DNA of 63,694 nt, counting the filler, from Octopus bimaculoides (Eukaryota), in assembly GCF_001194135.2 (NCBI RefSeq). It is 8 parts of 5 records of this genome, joined end to end, with 100 filler letters (N's around TTAATTAATTAA, not from the genome) between each part and the next. Parts side by side here need not be neighbours in the genome. Positions count along the whole stretch, not along the records: positions 61,680 to 63,694 come from NW_026420506.1; 7 more parts are not named here. The stretch is one strand, 5' to 3'. Shown here one piece after another: positions 61,680-63,694 of the stretch. Both the position numbers and the translations under genes were made by a program. The notes under the pieces were generated by a model, which made no database searches, was not told where the DNA came from, and worked only from the letters and a program-made list of their open reading frames with translations. Numbering within the stretch: the stretch's first letter is position 1; the number at the start of each line of letters is the position of its first letter.

Positions 61680-63694
61680 TTTTGCTTCCCACTCTTGAGC
61701 AGCCAACATACAGTTGTCCATATGAGAAGTATGGCTCTTCCAAGAGAAGACCAGCTACAGAGAGGGTTTGACCCTGGGACAATGCGAAACTGACACAAAG
61801 GTGGAATTGTAGTCTTCTGAATGTAAAAGGAATGTCTGCTCCTGATGGAGTAAGAGGAATTCTTGGAATAAAGACGTCGCCACCTTTTCCACATCCAGAA
61901 AGAATGGTAGCCTCGATAACGTGTGACATCATCTTCTTTATCACGAGTAGTGTTCCATTGCAAAGTCTTGGTGGTTCCAGATTGCGAAGTAGCATAACAG
62001 GCGTTCCAACTTTAAGTGATAATATGTGGAGAGGTAGTCCAGGAGGCTCCAACGAATTGAGAAATTCAGGAGGATAGTTCACCACTTCGTTTGTATCTGA
62101 AACTGTATCAACAGACTTGTAAGTTTGAAGATTTCCGGGAAGAGAATGCATCAGCTGTTGATTAATTTTTGTAACAGCTACGTTTTTCGGAGCTAATATT
62201 GCTCTTTCACACAGCCAATTGTGATTTAGGTAGTTTTCTTTGAAGTTGGGAAAGACTTTATGTTTGAGGTCATCTACAGAATTAACAACAGAGCAAAATG
62301 GCCATACTTCCATCTCTCCCGCAGCGTCGAGAGGCACCTTACCATCACCAATTGTCAAAATGTCCTGTGCAAACTTTTTGGACATTTGGTCGCCGTGCAG
62401 CTGAGCTCTCACGTTAGTGTTAAGAGTGAGGAAGGTAACATGATGCCACAGGGTAGAGGACTTTAGGCATGCTTGGACCTCATCTGCTCTAGTGCCTTTC
62501 GGAATAACAGGAAGAGTTTGCCTGAAATCACCTGACAACATAAGCGTAACATCTATTGGAGCGTGACAGTTTTGGATGTCTTTCAGGGCTCTATCTAATG
62601 CTTCCAAAGCTCTCTTGTGAGCCACGGTGCATTCATCCCAGACAATTAGATGACACCTTTGAAGTACCTGCCCCTGATCTGAGCTTTTGGTGATGTTGCA
62701 TGAAGGCATGTCGGATGCTGCTAAATTGAGAGGGAGTTTGAAAGTCGAGTGTGCTGTCCTGCCACCGGGTAACAAAGAAGCTGCAATCCCAGAGGAAGCC
62801 ACAGCTACTGCAATGTCCTGATGCTGCCTAACCTCTGCAAGGAGAAGCTTTGTTATAAATGTTTTTCCTGTCCCTCCAGGAGCATCAAGGAAGAAGATTC
62901 GTCCGTCACGTTGGCATACACTGTTAATAATAGTTGTGTAGGCCTGCAGCTGGTCCGGAAGTAATTTATGCTCGTTTTCAGCAATGTACTTTGAAAGCGT
63001 TTGAGTGTCGTACGATGTTTCACGAATGACAGCAGTGGGAAGGCTATTTGACACTGACCTGAATGTTTGTGGCAGGCCATAGGTGGCAATTATGTCTTCA
63101 ATGTCAATGAGAGTTTTGTTGTAGACTTCATTGCTGATACCCTCCATGCCAGGATAGAGCCGTTGAGCTTGCCGCTGAAAGTCTTCAGCCAGGTTGTCCC
63201 TGTACTTGAGCCATAGAGTTGCAGGATCACACAGTTCGCATGTCTGTAGTAATACTGCAAATAGTGCCCCGAGACTTTTAAGTGATTGTGATAAAGCAGC
63301 CCCTCCCAAAGTTGCATCCCATTGTGCACCATCTTCTAACAGTCCTTGTCGATAGCAGGCTTCTCTGTAAGTTGTGCAGATATGTCCATGAACGGTTTTT
63401 AGGGCCTGGAAAGACGTGGGGCCTCTGATCTCATGCAGTAGTAGGCGGAGTTAGAAGCACTCTTGTTGAGTGGGATATACTGTGTATACTCGGCCAAGGC
63501 AAGTGTCAAACTTAATGCTAGAGTATCCATGAACATTTTGATCTGCTTTCCTTGGAGTCCATTGTTTTCCATTCCAAGTGTAGTACGATGGAATCTGTGG
63601 ATATAGTAAGGTTTGAGCGAATGGATCCACTTGACAGAGCTTGGAGAATGCAGTGAGTGTGCTATCCCTTGGTTGCTCTGCCAACAGAGAAGCA
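61680..63694 (-). mobile_element. Helitron Rep/Pif1-helicase ORF, partial, with one premature stop
   Basis: Single reading frame: IPSYYTW, LGRVYTV..ECF*LRLLLHEIRGPTSF..TYREAC, FFLDAPGGTGKTF (Walker A), IVWDECT, SGDFRQTLPV, NYPPEFLNSL..LKVGTPVMLLRNL..LCNGT, QGQTL, GQLYVGCSRV. Stop at 63451-63453. Both ends are cut by contig or window edges. Confidence 0.96.

Overview
AT-rich, gap-rich eukaryotic DNA saturated with microsatellites and tRNA-derived SINEs. The repeat landscape suggests an octopus genome, which is an inference and not database-checked. Seven 100-bp N44-TTAATTAATTAA-N44 linkers show that the window is eight joined scaffolds or contigs, so adjacency across them is unproven. I could identify no intact host protein-coding gene, tRNA/rRNA gene or CRISPR array, and almost all ORFs in the track are microsatellite or N-gap artefacts. 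The recognisable content is: two decayed mariner elements; a deleted hAT element; three R4/Dong-like RLE retrotransposon fragments; an ORF1-only L1/Tx1-like LINE; two Neptune-type Penelope-like elements (PLEs) with C-terminal GIY-YIG endonuclease; many PLE-type hammerhead ribozyme (HHR) motifs next to (TA)n tracts; a nearly intact Helitron Rep/Pif1 helicase ORF; about 25 SINE copies of several modular families; and a possible promoter/first exon near 32-33.5 kb. The best leads are (1) a Tx1-like LINE and a SINE carrying its tail, both inserted at the same AGAAAC site in the A-box of another SINE family, suggesting a SINE-targeting LINE/SINE system, and (2) a three-copy short element with a recurrent non-canonical minimal hammerhead core (CUGUNGA plus an extra A).
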